Assembly (NCBI GenBank): GCA_002633005.1
Contig: NMRA01000149.1
Span: forward strand, 140,066-204,065
Length of the DNA: 64,000 bases
Direction of reading: 5' to 3'
Source of the DNA: Phoronis australis
Lineage: Eukaryota > Animalia > Phoronida
A program made the position numbers and the translations under genes. Under the pieces are notes generated by a model. The model made no database searches. It had not been told where the DNA came from and worked only from the letters and a program-made list of their open reading frames with translations. Positions within the stretch are counted from its first letter, which is position 1, and the number at the start of each line of letters is the position of its first letter. Below, piece by piece: positions 62,797 to 64,000 of this stretch.

Positions 62797-64000
62797 CTGA
62801 AAAATAATTTGAATTTCTACCCACGTGATTGTGAGACCTTGAACCTTTGACAGCATTCAAGATCTCATGAAGGTGATGCGTATGGTAGATCACATCAGCA
62901 TGTGTGATTAAACTGCATCATCACAAACATTATGGTAACATATGGTATTACATTTTACAAATATGGAACAATCTTGAAGGTGATGTTTGGTCATATGGTC
63001 CAAAGGAGAGCAATATTGTTTTCCCAGCAAGGGATCATTCTGTATTTGTTTTCCCGGCGAGGGATCATTCAGTATTTATTATATAAAATGCATCGTTTGC
63101 ACAAACTCCGTCTCCCCCACTCCACTACACACCTTCGTTGCGGCCGACTTTCGGCACCCCCTTGGTCTCAGGTATTGCACTGGCACCCTATTTGGATTCG
63201 AGGTGTTCTATTTTTTTCTTTTGGACTGTTTTTTTGCGGTCGCGAAGGGAGGGTGGCCAGTTTCATAATGGCCTTAGTCGGTCGGCTCAACGACCTGGGT
63301 GACTTCACTCCGTCGGCTAAATTTCACTCCCTCCGGCTTCTGTCACGTATATAATTCATCAGGCCTGTCGCTGCCAAAATTAATGATGCCTCATTAAAAA
63401 TTTTTGGTCTTCCTTGAGTAAACTAAATTATTTGTGTTGGAAAATTGGCGTTCTTCAGTTATTCTGCTGCTAAAATTGCGATGCCCTTTTGGGCGCCAAT
63501 TTCCGTCACCTATTGGGCAATTTCCATGATATTCAATCAACTGTGAGGTTGCGTACCCCGGTACATTTCGTAAACTCGGAAGTGGTTTCATTTCATTACA
63601 AGATTTTACTATTTTAATACCAGAAAACGCAATTTCAGAACAAACTCTCGAGAGATGATGCAAAATTTTAAGAAATGGCGCGTATGTGCACGTCGCGAGT
63701 ATGCACTGTTTTCAAAACAACAGTCGGACAGATTTTCCTTTTTTACAAAAGGCAGAGAATTACGAAAAAAGTTTATTAGATTGTTTTACTTCTATCAACG
63801 GCTGTAACAGGCAAGGTGAATGTCAGTTCATTCCCAGGTTCTGCATGCACCCCTGCAGGTTGTTAGCTTTAAGTTTCACGACGAGGTGCCAAGCTGAGCA
63901 CCTGGGTTGTGTCGGTGTCCGATGGAGCAGTCTACACACGGCTACCTAGCTGTATGTTGATGACAGTCTTCATACAGCTAGCTGGCTTTCTACCTCAGTA

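Overview
AT-rich, intron-rich animal genomic DNA from a draft assembly with N-gaps at 23602-23752, 50909 and 54932-55335; the repeat content suggests a lophotrochozoan-type invertebrate (inference). Three spliced genes were reconstructed by hand. (1) A PP6 regulatory subunit (SAPS domain, PPP6R1/2/3 family) on +, with 24 visible coding exons at 5686-32275; the first exon lies upstream of the window and one exon is probably in a gap. (2) A complete 26S proteasome lid subunit PSMD13/Rpn9 on +, with 11 exons at 38098-53974. (3) The 3' part of a Gfo/Idh/MocA (inositol dehydrogenase-like) oxidoreductase on -, with 4 exons at 57039-62796. The best finding is an intact non-autonomous LTR retrotransposon (TRIM) in PSMD13 intron 1. 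Its 155-bp LTRs contain a tRNA-like Pol III promoter, and it has a tRNA-Ser PBS, a PPT, a 4-bp TSD and a nested MITE. Other highlights are a Helentron/HINE-like repeat family carrying phased, co-oriented CTCF-consensus motifs, a cluster of candidate microexons and alternative last exons in the PP6R gene, a GC-AG intron, and CAG...CTG MITEs with 5-bp TSDs. Most long ORFs in the supplied track are not genes.
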